64,000 bases of DNA from Myxococcota bacterium (lineage in GTDB: Bacteria > Myxococcota_A > Polyangia > Polyangiales > Houyiibacteriaceae): positions 96,001 through 160,000 of the forward strand of contig JBCCEA010000002.1 in the NCBI GenBank assembly GCA_039030515.1. The letters run 5' to 3'. Below, one piece after another: positions 1 to 8,782 of this stretch. Position numbers and translations under genes: made by a program. Under the pieces are notes generated by a model. It saw nothing but the letters and a program-made list of their open reading frames with translations, was not told the origin of the DNA and did not search any database. Every line of letters starts with the position of its first letter. Within the stretch, counting starts at the first letter, position 1.

Positions 1-1
1 G

Positions 2-1432
2 ATGCGGGACGCCCTGACGCTGCTGGATCAAATCGTCGCGTTCAGCGGAAGCACCCTCATGGGTGACGATGTCTCCCGGGCGCTCGGTATCGCAAGCCGC
101 ACCCACGTGCACGATATCGCGCGAGCGCTCCTCGAAGGGCGGCCGAGAGAGATCATACTCGGTTTAGACGCCATCAGCGAAAAGGGCGTCGACATCCTAC
201 ACTTCGCCAAACAGTTGATGCAGTACTGCCGAGATCTCGTCGTGCTTGGTCTGGTGGAGGACCGTCGAGGGGCGGTGGTCGATATGGTTCCCGAGGAGCA
301 GGCGGGCGCTTTAGAGCTCGTCAGCGCCGTGAGTAGTTTGGAGCTTCAGCGGGCGTTTGCCTCGCTCGCCAAGCTGGTCGATGAGGTCGGGCGCGTTGCC
401 GAGCAGCGCACGGTATTCGAGATGGGACTCGTGAGGATCGCCTCGCAATCTCCCCTGAAACCCTTGGCCGAGTTGATCGAGCGCCTGGAACAACTCGAAA
501 GCCGACTGACCGGATCCACCGTCAAGGGAGCAGCAGGAGGCTCCGGATCGGGCGGCAATTCAAGCCCAGGTGCACACCGCAATCGCGACGCGCACGCCCC
601 CGACTCCAACAAGATACGCGCCGCCGAACCGGAGTCCCGTTCGGCTCCTGCGCATTCCCAGCCAGCCGCGCATCCAAAGCCCGCTACCAGAGACACAGCG
701 GCTCCTGCCCTCGACTCGATCGAATCGCTCATGGCGTTTGCCGAACAGAAAGCTGCCGAATCCCAGCAGCCTCCATCTCGCCCAAACGCCCCTCGGGCGG
801 CCTCGCCCGATGCGGCCTCGATGCCCTCCGAAGAGGATGCGAATGCTGGCATAAATGGGACAACGTTTGCTGGGACGACGTTGGCCGAGGCAGCCTTGAC
901 CGGGGCAACCTTGGCTGAGGCAACCTTGACCGGGGCACATGACGAAAACGCCCAGGACGCTCGGCAAAACACACGCTCAAGCGAAACGCAGGAGCCGAAG
1001 GACAGTGCACCACCACCCGAGTGGCATGCGATAGTGGAGCATGTTGCCGAACGAATGCCTCCGATCGGAGCGATACTCGAGCATGGGGTTCCGCTCATCG
1101 TCTCTGCAGAACAGCTGCAGGTGGGTTTCGGAAAAGGCTCGCTCTACGCCCAGCAAATGGAACACGAAGACGCGAAAGAGGCGCTGAAGGCATCCGCCAG
1201 CAGCGTTCTCGGTGGAGATCCAAGCATCGAGTTTGTGGTGGCCTCAAAGGAGCGATTGCGATGCACGCTGGCGCAGGAACGGGAGCGGCGTATGCAGGCT
1301 GAGCAGCAGCATCTCGAACAGGAGGCGCTCGCCCACCCTCTTGTTCTACAAGCCATCGACCTTTTTATGCCGAGTGCAAAGGTTGAAGTTCGTATCGACC
1401 AAAATCGTGTAAGCGTGGAGAGCAACCGATGA
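2..1432 (+). CDS. dnaX: DNA polymerase III subunit gamma/tau, 5'-truncated by window edge
   Basis: Begins at the internal clamp-loader motif MRDALTLLDQ, followed by the collar region, a long low-complexity linker and a C-terminal tau-like domain (W..IV; ALAHPLV..AIDLF). Lies upstream of ybaB-recR. Confidence 0.93.
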   Translation: MRDALTLLDQIVAFSGSTLMGDDVSRALGIASRTHVHDIARALLEGRPREIILGLDAISEKGVDILHFAKQLMQYCRDLVVLGLVEDRRGAVVDMVPEEQAGALELVSAVSSLELQRAFASLAKLVDEVGRVAEQRTVFEMGLVRIASQSPLKPLAELIERLEQLESRLTGSTVKGAAGGSGSGGNSSPGAHRNRDAHAPDSNKIRAAEPESRSAPAHSQPAAHPKPATRDTAAPALDSIESLMAFAEQKAAESQQPPSRPNAPRAASPDAASMPSEEDANAGINGTTFAGTTLAEAALTGATLAEATLTGAHDENAQDARQNTRSSETQEPKDSAPPPEWHAIVEHVAERMPPIGAILEHGVPLIVSAEQLQVGFGKGSLYAQQMEHEDAKEALKASASSVLGGDPSIEFVVASKERLRCTLAQERERRMQAEQQHLEQEALAHPLVLQAIDLFMPSAKVEVRIDQNRVSVESNR

Positions 1433-1749
1433 AATTTCGTGGAGGGATGTCCGAGCTGATGAAGCAAGCCAATCGGCTCCAGCGCAAGATCGAACAGCGT
1501 AAAAAAGAGCTCGAAACGGAAACGGTATCGGCCGCGGCAGGGAACGACAAAGTCGAGGCGATCGTAAACTGCGCCGGTGAGCTGGTCCGCATCGAGATCG
1601 ACCCCGAGCTGCTCCACAGCGAAGGATTAGAGATGGTTCAGGACTTGGTAGTCGCAGCCACCAACTCCGCCCTGAAGAAAGCCCGCGAGACCGTGGACTC
1701 CGAAGTCGAAAAACTGACCGGTGGACTCAAGCTCCCGGGGATGTCCTGA
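1429..1749 (+). CDS. ybaB: YbaB/EbfC nucleoid-associated protein
   Basis: MKQA..LQ, AG..KV...NCAGE, IDPELL, QDLVVAATN.AL and TGGLKLPG motifs; dnaX-ybaB-recR synteny. Confidence 0.95.
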   Translation: MKFRGGMSELMKQANRLQRKIEQRKKELETETVSAAAGNDKVEAIVNCAGELVRIEIDPELLHSEGLEMVQDLVVAATNSALKKARETVDSEVEKLTGGLKLPGMS

Positions 1750-1771
1750 AACTCAAAGGACTGCGGAATCG

Positions 1772-2362
1772 ATGAAGGGTCCCATCGACGAACTCGTCGC
1801 TTTGCTGGCACGACTTCCGGGTATTGGGGAGCGGACCGCCACCCGACTCGCCTTTCACATTTTGATGGGGAACTCGGAGTATGCGGAGGCGCTCTCCGAT
1901 TCGCTGGGGCATATCCACAAGCGGGTACAGCGATGTCGGGAGTGCGGCAACTTCGATGCCGACAGCACGTGCAGCATATGTCGCGATCCCAAGCGAGATT
2001 CCACGCAGATCTGCGTGGTGGCCCGGGTGCCCGATCTGATCGCCATCGAACGGAGTCACACGTTTCGAGGACGGTATCACGTGCTGCACGGCCTGCTCGC
2101 TCCTCTGGACGGCATCGGCCCAGAGCAGCTACCTCTCGACAAGCTCGTCGCGCGAGTTCACGCCGATGAGGTTCGCGAGGTGATCGTCGCGACCCCCCTC
2201 AGCGTGGAAGGAGAAGCCACCGCGCTCTACATCGCCGAAACGCTCCGAAGCCAAGACGTCCACATCAGCCGCATCGCGAGTGGGATGCCCCACGGCAGCG
2301 AACTCGAGTTTACCGATCAGATCACTTTAGGGCGGGCACTCGACGGCCGCCGACTGCTGTAG
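1772..2362 (+). CDS. recR: Recombination mediator RecR
   Basis: LPGIG.RTA.RLAFH HhH motif, C4 zinc finger (CRECGN..C.IC), Toprim YHVLHG...PLDGIGP, EGEATA. Start moved to ATG 1772. Confidence 0.97.
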   Translation: MKGPIDELVALLARLPGIGERTATRLAFHILMGNSEYAEALSDSLGHIHKRVQRCRECGNFDADSTCSICRDPKRDSTQICVVARVPDLIAIERSHTFRGRYHVLHGLLAPLDGIGPEQLPLDKLVARVHADEVREVIVATPLSVEGEATALYIAETLRSQDVHISRIASGMPHGSELEFTDQITLGRALDGRRLL

Positions 2363-2367
2363 GCCCG

Positions 2368-2449
2368 CCTCGCTACGCCAGAGCACCCTCGCTACGGCAG
2401 AGCACCCTCGCTACGGCAGAGCACCCTCGCTACGCCAGAGCACCCTCGC
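2368..2449. repeat. 19-bp tandem repeat CCTCGCTACG(C/G)CAGAGCAC, ~4.3 copies
   Basis: Read directly; lies in the convergent gap between recR and the OMP gene. Confidence 0.9.
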
Positions 2450-2528
2450 CTACTATCATGCTCGAGGTTCCCGGCCGTGCTGTGTCGAGCATTCACGCGA
2501 ACCGAGCGGTTCTAGAAGTACAGGGCTC

Positions 2529-3446
2529 CTAGAAGTACAGGGTGACCCCGATGGTTCCGAGACCGCCGCCGGAAGTATCCGTGGTTTCACCATCGTCGTT
2601 GACGAACTCGGGCTGCGGATCGTCATCGATGCGGCGGCGTAAAAATCCGCGGATATCGGCGGTAAAAGCGAGATGTTTGAACAGGCGCCACTCGAGGCCG
2701 ACACCGATCTGTCCGCCCAGGTGGGCCAAATCTCGCTCTTCATAACGCCCGGTATTCTCGTTGACTCCCTCGACAAACGCCCAAGAAACCCCGACTCCGG
2801 CGAGAAAATAGGCCTGCAGCGGATGACTGGGGTTCACGTAGAGGAGCGCGTCGATGGTGAGAGGCACCTCCACCCGATCCTGACCGTTGTAGTCGGTTCC
2901 CGCGTAGCCGCCGATGCCAAAATCGAGCGCAAATCTCGGGATCGGGCGGTAGCGGATAGCCCCCGTGGCACCACCCATCTGCACTTCCGCTCCGAGGAAC
3001 CCGCCGATATGCGCATGGATGCCCAGTTCCGCATCGGTTGGAAGCAGGGTCGTCGTTCGCGTCGTGACCACCCGGGGCTGAGGCTGGTGCACGACCACGA
3101 CCTGCTGCGGTGGCGGCGCGGGCTGCACCATCACGACCGGCGGAGGAGGCGGCGGCGCAGGCTGCACGACCACGACTGGAGGCGGAGCGGGCTGCACCAT
3201 CACGACCGGCGGAGGAGGCGGCGGCGCGGGCTGCACGACCACGACCGGCGGAGGCGCGGGCTGCACCACGACAACTTGCCCAGCGCGCGCCAGGGGCGGT
3301 CTCCGCGGTCGGTCCTTCGCTGAGGCGGCGGCTTCTACACATGCGCGACCTGCAGTACCGAGACTCTCTGCGCACTGCGCCCTGACGGTGGTCGTCCAGC
3401 CGTACACGGAGCCGGCAACAGCGATGGCGGTCAAGATTCGGGTCAT
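2529..3446 (-). CDS. Outer-membrane beta-barrel protein with N-terminal Pro/Val-rich repeats
   Basis: Signal peptide (..VRA/Q), repeated VVVVQPAPPP units, amphipathic beta-strand domain ending in a C-terminal Phe (GVTLYF). Confidence 0.8.
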   Translation of the reverse strand: MTRILTAIAVAGSVYGWTTTVRAQCAESLGTAGRACVEAAASAKDRPRRPPLARAGQVVVVQPAPPPVVVVQPAPPPPPPVVMVQPAPPPVVVVQPAPPPPPPVVMVQPAPPPQQVVVVHQPQPRVVTTRTTTLLPTDAELGIHAHIGGFLGAEVQMGGATGAIRYRPIPRFALDFGIGGYAGTDYNGQDRVEVPLTIDALLYVNPSHPLQAYFLAGVGVSWAFVEGVNENTGRYEERDLAHLGGQIGVGLEWRLFKHLAFTADIRGFLRRRIDDDPQPEFVNDDGETTDTSGGGLGTIGVTLYF

Positions 3447-3482
3447 TCGGTTCCTCGATGCGTTCGGGACGCCGCGATATAC

Positions 3483-3498
3483 AGCAAATACGGTACCA
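3483..3498 (-). promoter_or_regulatory. Putative sigma54 -24/-12 promoter of the OMP gene
   Basis: Minus strand TGGTACCGTATTTGCT = GG-N10-GC, ~36 nt upstream of the ATG. Confidence 0.6.
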
Positions 3499-3659
3499 CG
3501 TTCAGCCGCTCCGGCGAGACGTCACAAATTGCCCCAAAAGCCACACCGAGCTCTCATCTTCTACAAGTCGCCATCGACAAAACCCGCCTTTGCACCACAT
3601 CGAGAGCCTCGAAACGTGAACATGAGTTCACATGCAGATGATCCGCAGATGTCGTCGAT

Positions 3660-5160
3660 GTACTAGATCACCTAGACGAAACTCTATTTTCGCCAAGAAT
3701 GCCGGGTATGTTGCGAAGGTATCCAGCAACTGGGGCACACGGACAGCCTCTGTGGGACGCAAGCCAATGCATACGCGGGATTAATGCATTTTTAAATGAC
3801 GGTGCGTTAGCAGGCGGACAAATAGTGGGTCACAATTATAGCTCTGTTGCAGAGTCAAATAGATTAAGAAGCTATCTAACAGTCTCTCACTCAGGCAAAT
3901 CCGGAGACATTGATGCTTGTTTTGTCAACCGATTTGGAAAGACAAGAACAGAATTCACAATCGATGAGTTGGTGATGGGTTCGAACTATCGATCGATGCG
4001 CGGTTGAGAGAGCCCATTTTAGCGCAGAGGACTCATTATCATGCACAAAAGACAATGGTGCTCTGGTTGAGTTGGCGATAGGCCAAATAGGCCCAGGCGT
4101 CGAATACCAATCGAGATTACGCGGCGAGAACTCAAGGGCTTCAGAGCGCGCTGCCAAGCTTGTCACATCGGCCGCTCCCTATCTGAGGGAAAAACCTCAT
4201 GCGCCCCAACGAGCCAAAAAAGCGTTCCAGCGTCCGCCGCTGACCGTTCACAGCCTTCAGCTGGGTCTGCAGTTCCGCCCCTTGACTTGCAAACCTACAA
4301 AAGGACCGCAAACTGAACCTTATTTGAACAAGGAGACAAGCCCTGCAGTTTCCGCTTACACAACTTGAGGCGTTCATTCGCATACATAGAGGCCATCAGG
4401 ATCTGCGCTTTGAAGCAGAGCAATGTATACGTCGGATTGGACAGTTCCGGGATGACGAAGATCTGATATTTTCAGATCTGGAGTCCTGCTGGACCGACGC
4501 ACCTTTAGTTCCGCGACGCACCATTGAAGCCGTCGGTATATGTATTTGTGCGTGCCCCTGGGATTTGAAAAGTCCAAAGACCATTTTCAACTGCTTGTTC
4601 GCAAAGAGCTCTTCTGAGCAGTGTTACCCCGACACCTTGTACGTGAGAGAGGTCCGCAGAGAGCCCCAAAAACCATACTTTGCAAGCGATGTAGCCGTCG
4701 CCCAGCTCGCCATCGCGTCGGCCCGATTTCAGAACAAGTTCAAAACGCCGATCCAGCCTCAGGATATTCTCGATTGGCTGCCGCCCGTGCCGCCACGCCT
4801 TATCTTTCGCTGCGAAATCGAGAATGAAACAACCAATCAGTTCATCGCTACAATGAACCCTCGCTTTGGTGCCCAAGCGAGACCTGTAGATTCATTTCGG
4901 TGGCAAGAGATGAACCGTGAACAACGGATTGAATCGCTTACTGAAACCCCAAACGGAAGGTCGACTGCGCGATTTGTATATGAATACGATCTACTCAATA
5001 GATACCTAAGACACACTCGCGGGCAACCCAGAAGAGTCACCGGAGTTCATATCGCACAGGGTTTTGCCAGGACAGAAGAGCTGTGTTTTGTCGTGCGTTG
5101 GCACGGCTCAATCCATCCTCCGGTAGTCGGAACACAAATACGGCTCTAGCGAGTCAGAAC
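3660..5160. other. Low-GC orphan islet at the tRNA-Leu 3' side, with fragmentary ORFs
   Basis: Three 60-nt lines at 3781-3960 count 38-40% GC. ORFs 3699-4007 and 4072-4368 and an open frame 4328-5149 lie in three different + frames; no recognisable motifs. Confidence 0.5.
4565..5149 (+). CDS. Hypothetical protein or gene fragment
   Basis: 194-aa ORF from TTG; the frame is open from 4328 without an ATG/GTG/TTG; no motif recognised. Confidence 0.3.
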   Translation: MKSPKTIFNCLFAKSSSEQCYPDTLYVREVRREPQKPYFASDVAVAQLAIASARFQNKFKTPIQPQDILDWLPPVPPRLIFRCEIENETTNQFIATMNPRFGAQARPVDSFRWQEMNREQRIESLTETPNGRSTARFVYEYDLLNRYLRHTRGQPRRVTGVHIAQGFARTEELCFVVRWHGSIHPPVVGTQIRL

Positions 5161-5197
5161 TTCCACAGCGAAACCTCTGAGCGTTTCGATCGACGGG

Positions 5198-5281
5198 TGC
5201 CGGGAGCGGGACTTGAACCCGCAAGGGGTTTCCCCCGGGCGATTTTAAGTCGCCTGCGTATACCGATTTCGCCATCCCGGC
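5198..5281 (-). tRNA. tRNA-Leu (anticodon TAA)
   Basis: GCCGGGATGGCGAAATCGGTATACGCAGGCGACTTAAAATCGCC...GGGTTCAAGTCCCGCTCCCGGCA: acceptor stem, D loop, TAA anticodon, long variable arm, TTC T loop. CCA is not encoded (ACCC). Confidence 0.97.
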
Positions 5282-5359
5282 TGGCGGCTAAGCCTATCGC
5301 GCTTCGTTGACTTCTGCCAGCTGCGGAAAGCGCCGGTTGGCGACCGGGCCATGGTCTGC

Positions 5360-5752
5360 TCAGAGCTGAACTGGCGTGTTTGGTCCGGGCTGCTCCGGTG
5401 AGACCGACACGGGCCGATTTTTGGAGTCCACCCGGACTACTTTGGGTGTGTGTACGCTCGCTTCGTCGCTGCTCAACTCGCCGAACGTGGCGAGGATCAC
5501 GATGTCACCGGGGCGGTTCAGGTGGGCTGCGGCTCCGTTGATGCAGATGACGCCCTCTCCCCGCGCGCCGCGAAGAGCGTACGTCACAAGACGAGAGCCT
5601 CGGGTCACGTTCCAGACGTGCACTTCCTCGTGCTCGAGTATGCCGGCAGCTTCCAGCAGATCCGCGTCGACGGTCACCGAGCCTTCGTAGTCTAGGTCGG
5701 CGTGGGTCACCGTGGCCCGATGAATTTTGCCGAGGAACATCCGCCGCTGCAT
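5360..5752 (-). CDS. panD: Aspartate 1-decarboxylase
   Basis: [15 protein letters not shown] self-cleavage site, TY, INGAAA, GD.VI. Start moved to ATG 5752. Confidence 0.97.
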   Translation of the reverse strand: MQRRMFLGKIHRATVTHADLDYEGSVTVDADLLEAAGILEHEEVHVWNVTRGSRLVTYALRGARGEGVICINGAAAHLNRPGDIVILATFGELSSDEASVHTPKVVRVDSKNRPVSVSPEQPGPNTPVQL

Positions 5753-5917
5753 AAAAAATCCTTCGCCAAGCGCTCGCATCAGGTCGAGTGAGAGCAAACG
5801 CTAGCGCTTGAAATGAGGCACTTCAAGGCGGTGCCTGGAGCCCTCGAGTGGCGCATCAAACTCTCAGAGACGCGCTGCGGCAGAGCGCCCAACGTTCATT
5901 GATAGCCATGAGCTTCC

Positions 5918-8782
5918 ATGGTACCGCGACGCCTGATGAATTTACGCCGCAAACCGCCTTCTCCGCGACGTTCGATCACGACCGGCGCACTTCTCGCTCT
6001 GGCCTTTTTTCTCCTGACGGCCGTCCCGTCGATCGCCGGCATGTACATCGACTTTCGCTGGTTTCGCTCTTTGGGCTTTGTGAGCGTCTTCTTGACGCAG
6101 CTCCAGACCCAAGCCGTGCTCGGTCTGGTCGTGGGCTTCGCCGTGCTCGCCTGCCTGGGGCTCAACATCGCGCTCTCTGAACGCTTGACTCGGGGAACCC
6201 CCACCCTCCGGATTCGAGACGCGGATGGCGTTCCCCGGATCGACCTCGGAGCGTTTGTCCCGCGACTGTTGCGCGGCGCGGCTGCCCTTGCTGCGTGTAC
6301 CATCGGAGTGGCCGCAGCGGAGCACTGGGATATTTGGCTTTGCTTTCAGAACGCAGTTTCTTTCGGAACTACAGACCCTATTTTCGGTCGAGACGTTGCC
6401 TTTTACATCTTCACCCTGCCTCTGCTGGGCGGCGTTCGGACACTCGTCTTCTGGACTCTTGCGCTCTCCTTCGGCGCTTGCGCAGCAACCTACGCGATTC
6501 GCGGCAGCGTCAGTCCCGAGGGGAAAATCCAGCCCACTCGAGAAGCAAGAATCCACCTGTCTGTGCTTGGCGCAGTGGGCTTTCTCTTGTTGGCGTTCGA
6601 TGCCTGGCTCTCGACGGCAGAACTACTGTATTCCGACCTTGGGCCGGTAGGCGGGGCGAGTTACGCCGACGTGCACGCGGCCTTGCCCATGCGGAACGCT
6701 CAGATGGGCGTCAGTCTATTGGGCGCTTTTCTGGTGGCTTTGAGCACCATTCGCCAAAAAAACAGCCTGCTGATGGTGGCGGTAGGACTCTATGCAGTGG
6801 TGGGTCTCGTCCTGGTACGCGCCTACCCCTCGGCGGTGCACCGCTTCAGCGTGTTGCCCAACGAAGGCGCCAAAGAGGCACCGTTTATTCAACACAATAT
6901 CGAGGCGACCCGAGCCGCATACGGGCTCGAAAACGTAAAGGAGCGGGAACTTTCCGGAGAGGTCGGACTCACGATCGAAGACATCGAGGCCAATAGAGCC
7001 ACGATAGACAACATTCGAGTTTGGGATCATGCACCGCTGCTCGACACCTTCGGAGCGATCCAAGAAATTCGCACGTACTACGAGTTTCAGTCGGTAGACA
7101 ACGACCGCTATCGAATCGATGGAGAACTCCGGCAGACCATGCTGTCGCCTCGAGAGCTTTACGCGGAAAATCTCCCGAATGCGAGCTGGATCAATAGGCA
7201 CTTCACCTTCACCCATGGCTACGGGGTGACGCTCGGTCCGGTCAACGTCGCGACAAACGAAGGGCTCCCAGTGCTCCAAGTGAAGGACATCCCCCCCGAG
7301 TCGAGCATCCCCGAAATCTCGGTGAGTCGACCGGAAATCTACTTTGGCGAGCTGTCCAATGAGTACGTATTTGTGAAGACCGCAACCGACGAGTTCGACT
7401 ATCCATCCGGAGACGACAATGTCTACGCAGCATACGAGGGGAACGCGGGCATTCGACTGGACTCTGCCCTAACCGTTGCCGCACTCGCGATAAAGCTCTC
7501 TTCGATGAAGCTGCTGCTGTCAGAGGATATCGACGAGGAAAGTCGGGTGCTTCTCTATCGGAACATTCGGCAGCGGGTGACGCGTATCGCACCTTTTCTC
7601 GTCTACGATCGAGACCCTTATATGGTCGTCCGCGAGAACGGTCGCCTGGTATGGATTCAGGACGCCTATACGGTCTCCTCACGCTATCCCTACTCAGAGC
7701 TTTCTAGAGAAGGAATCAACTACATCCGCAATTCCGTCAAGGTCACTATCGACGCCTACGACGGTGATCTCACGTTTTATGTCAATGATGAAGCGGACCC
7801 TCTACTCGCTACTTGGGCGAAGATCTTCCCCGAGCTCTTTAGCGACATGGAAAACATGCCGCGCGACCTCCGCGAACACCTGCGCTATCCGGAAGATCTA
7901 TTTCGAGTGCAGACAGACATGTTCACAGTCTATCACATGGACTCTGCTCAACTTGTCTACAGCAGAGAAGACCAGTGGGAGGTGCCGACGATCACTTCGG
8001 GCGATTCTGCACAGAGACTGCAGCCCTACTTCACGGTCATGAAGCTCCCAGGCGAAGCGTCGGAAGAGTACATTCAGATGTTGCCCTTCACCCCAAAGCA
8101 TCGAGAAAATCTCTCCGCATGGATGGTGGCCCGCATGGACGGGGCGCGACTTGGTGAACTCGTCGTCTATCGGTTTCCAAAGCGCAGTTTGATTTTCGGC
8201 CCAGCTCAAATCATGAATCGAATCAATCAGGATGCCGATGTCTCACGGCAGATCTCCCTCTGGGACCAAAGAGGCTCCAGCGTAGATCTCGGCACCCTGC
8301 TCGTGATTCCAATTGAAGAGTCGCTGGTGTACGTGGTGCCGCTCTACCTTCGCTCATCGGGCGGGCGGATTCCGGAACTCAAACGCGTGATCGCCGTATA
8401 TGAAAACCGCATCGCTATGGAACCCACCTTGGATGCCGCCATTCGTTCGATCGTCAGTGGCTCCCAGGGGGAGGCACCGGTAGGAGACGACGCGAGGAGC
8501 ATCGACGAGGTGTCCCCAGAGACCACGGTGCGTTCAAACAACGCTGAGACGAATACGGCACTGCAGCTCCGGAATTTTGCCGGCCCAGGCGCGAACCGAC
8601 TGCAGGCAAAAGCACTTTTCGACCAGGCCACTGCGGCTCAACGGCGTGGCGACTGGGGGGGATACGGAGAAGCTTTGAAGGCCTTGGGAGCCGTTCTCAC
8701 TGAGCTCGCCTCACAACCAGAGCGCAACCTCGATCAATCCATAAGCGGCACCTCGCCCGACGATGCCTCTAGTGGCTATTGA
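5918..8782 (+). CDS. UPF0182 family membrane protein
   Basis: DPIFGRDVAFYIFTLP, GASYADVHA.LP, NI.ATR.AYGL, FTHGYG, IYFGE, NYIRNSVK..IDAYDG, HLRYPEDLF. Confidence 0.95.
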   Translation: MVPRRLMNLRRKPPSPRRSITTGALLALAFFLLTAVPSIAGMYIDFRWFRSLGFVSVFLTQLQTQAVLGLVVGFAVLACLGLNIALSERLTRGTPTLRIRDADGVPRIDLGAFVPRLLRGAAALAACTIGVAAAEHWDIWLCFQNAVSFGTTDPIFGRDVAFYIFTLPLLGGVRTLVFWTLALSFGACAATYAIRGSVSPEGKIQPTREARIHLSVLGAVGFLLLAFDAWLSTAELLYSDLGPVGGASYADVHAALPMRNAQMGVSLLGAFLVALSTIRQKNSLLMVAVGLYAVVGLVLVRAYPSAVHRFSVLPNEGAKEAPFIQHNIEATRAAYGLENVKERELSGEVGLTIEDIEANRATIDNIRVWDHAPLLDTFGAIQEIRTYYEFQSVDNDRYRIDGELRQTMLSPRELYAENLPNASWINRHFTFTHGYGVTLGPVNVATNEGLPVLQVKDIPPESSIPEISVSRPEIYFGELSNEYVFVKTATDEFDYPSGDDNVYAAYEGNAGIRLDSALTVAALAIKLSSMKLLLSEDIDEESRVLLYRNIRQRVTRIAPFLVYDRDPYMVVRENGRLVWIQDAYTVSSRYPYSELSREGINYIRNSVKVTIDAYDGDLTFYVNDEADPLLATWAKIFPELFSDMENMPRDLREHLRYPEDLFRVQTDMFTVYHMDSAQLVYSREDQWEVPTITSGDSAQRLQPYFTVMKLPGEASEEYIQMLPFTPKHRENLSAWMVARMDGARLGELVVYRFPKRSLIFGPAQIMNRINQDADVSRQISLWDQRGSSVDLGTLLVIPIEESLVYVVPLYLRSSGGRIPELKRVIAVYENRIAMEPTLDAAIRSIVSGSQGEAPVGDDARSIDEVSPETTVRSNNAETNTALQLRNFAGPGANRLQAKALFDQATAAQRRGDWGGYGEALKALGAVLTELASQPERNLDQSISGTSPDDASSGY

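Noticed and set aside
2..1432. Programmed -1 frameshift site in dnaX
   Set aside because: No A AAA AAG or long A-run seen in the visible dnaX; the AAAAAAG at ~1501 lies in ybaB and is just Lys codons.
3690..3710. attL/attR duplicate of the tRNA-Leu 3' end
   Set aside because: Only a 7-bp match (TGCCGGG), not significant.
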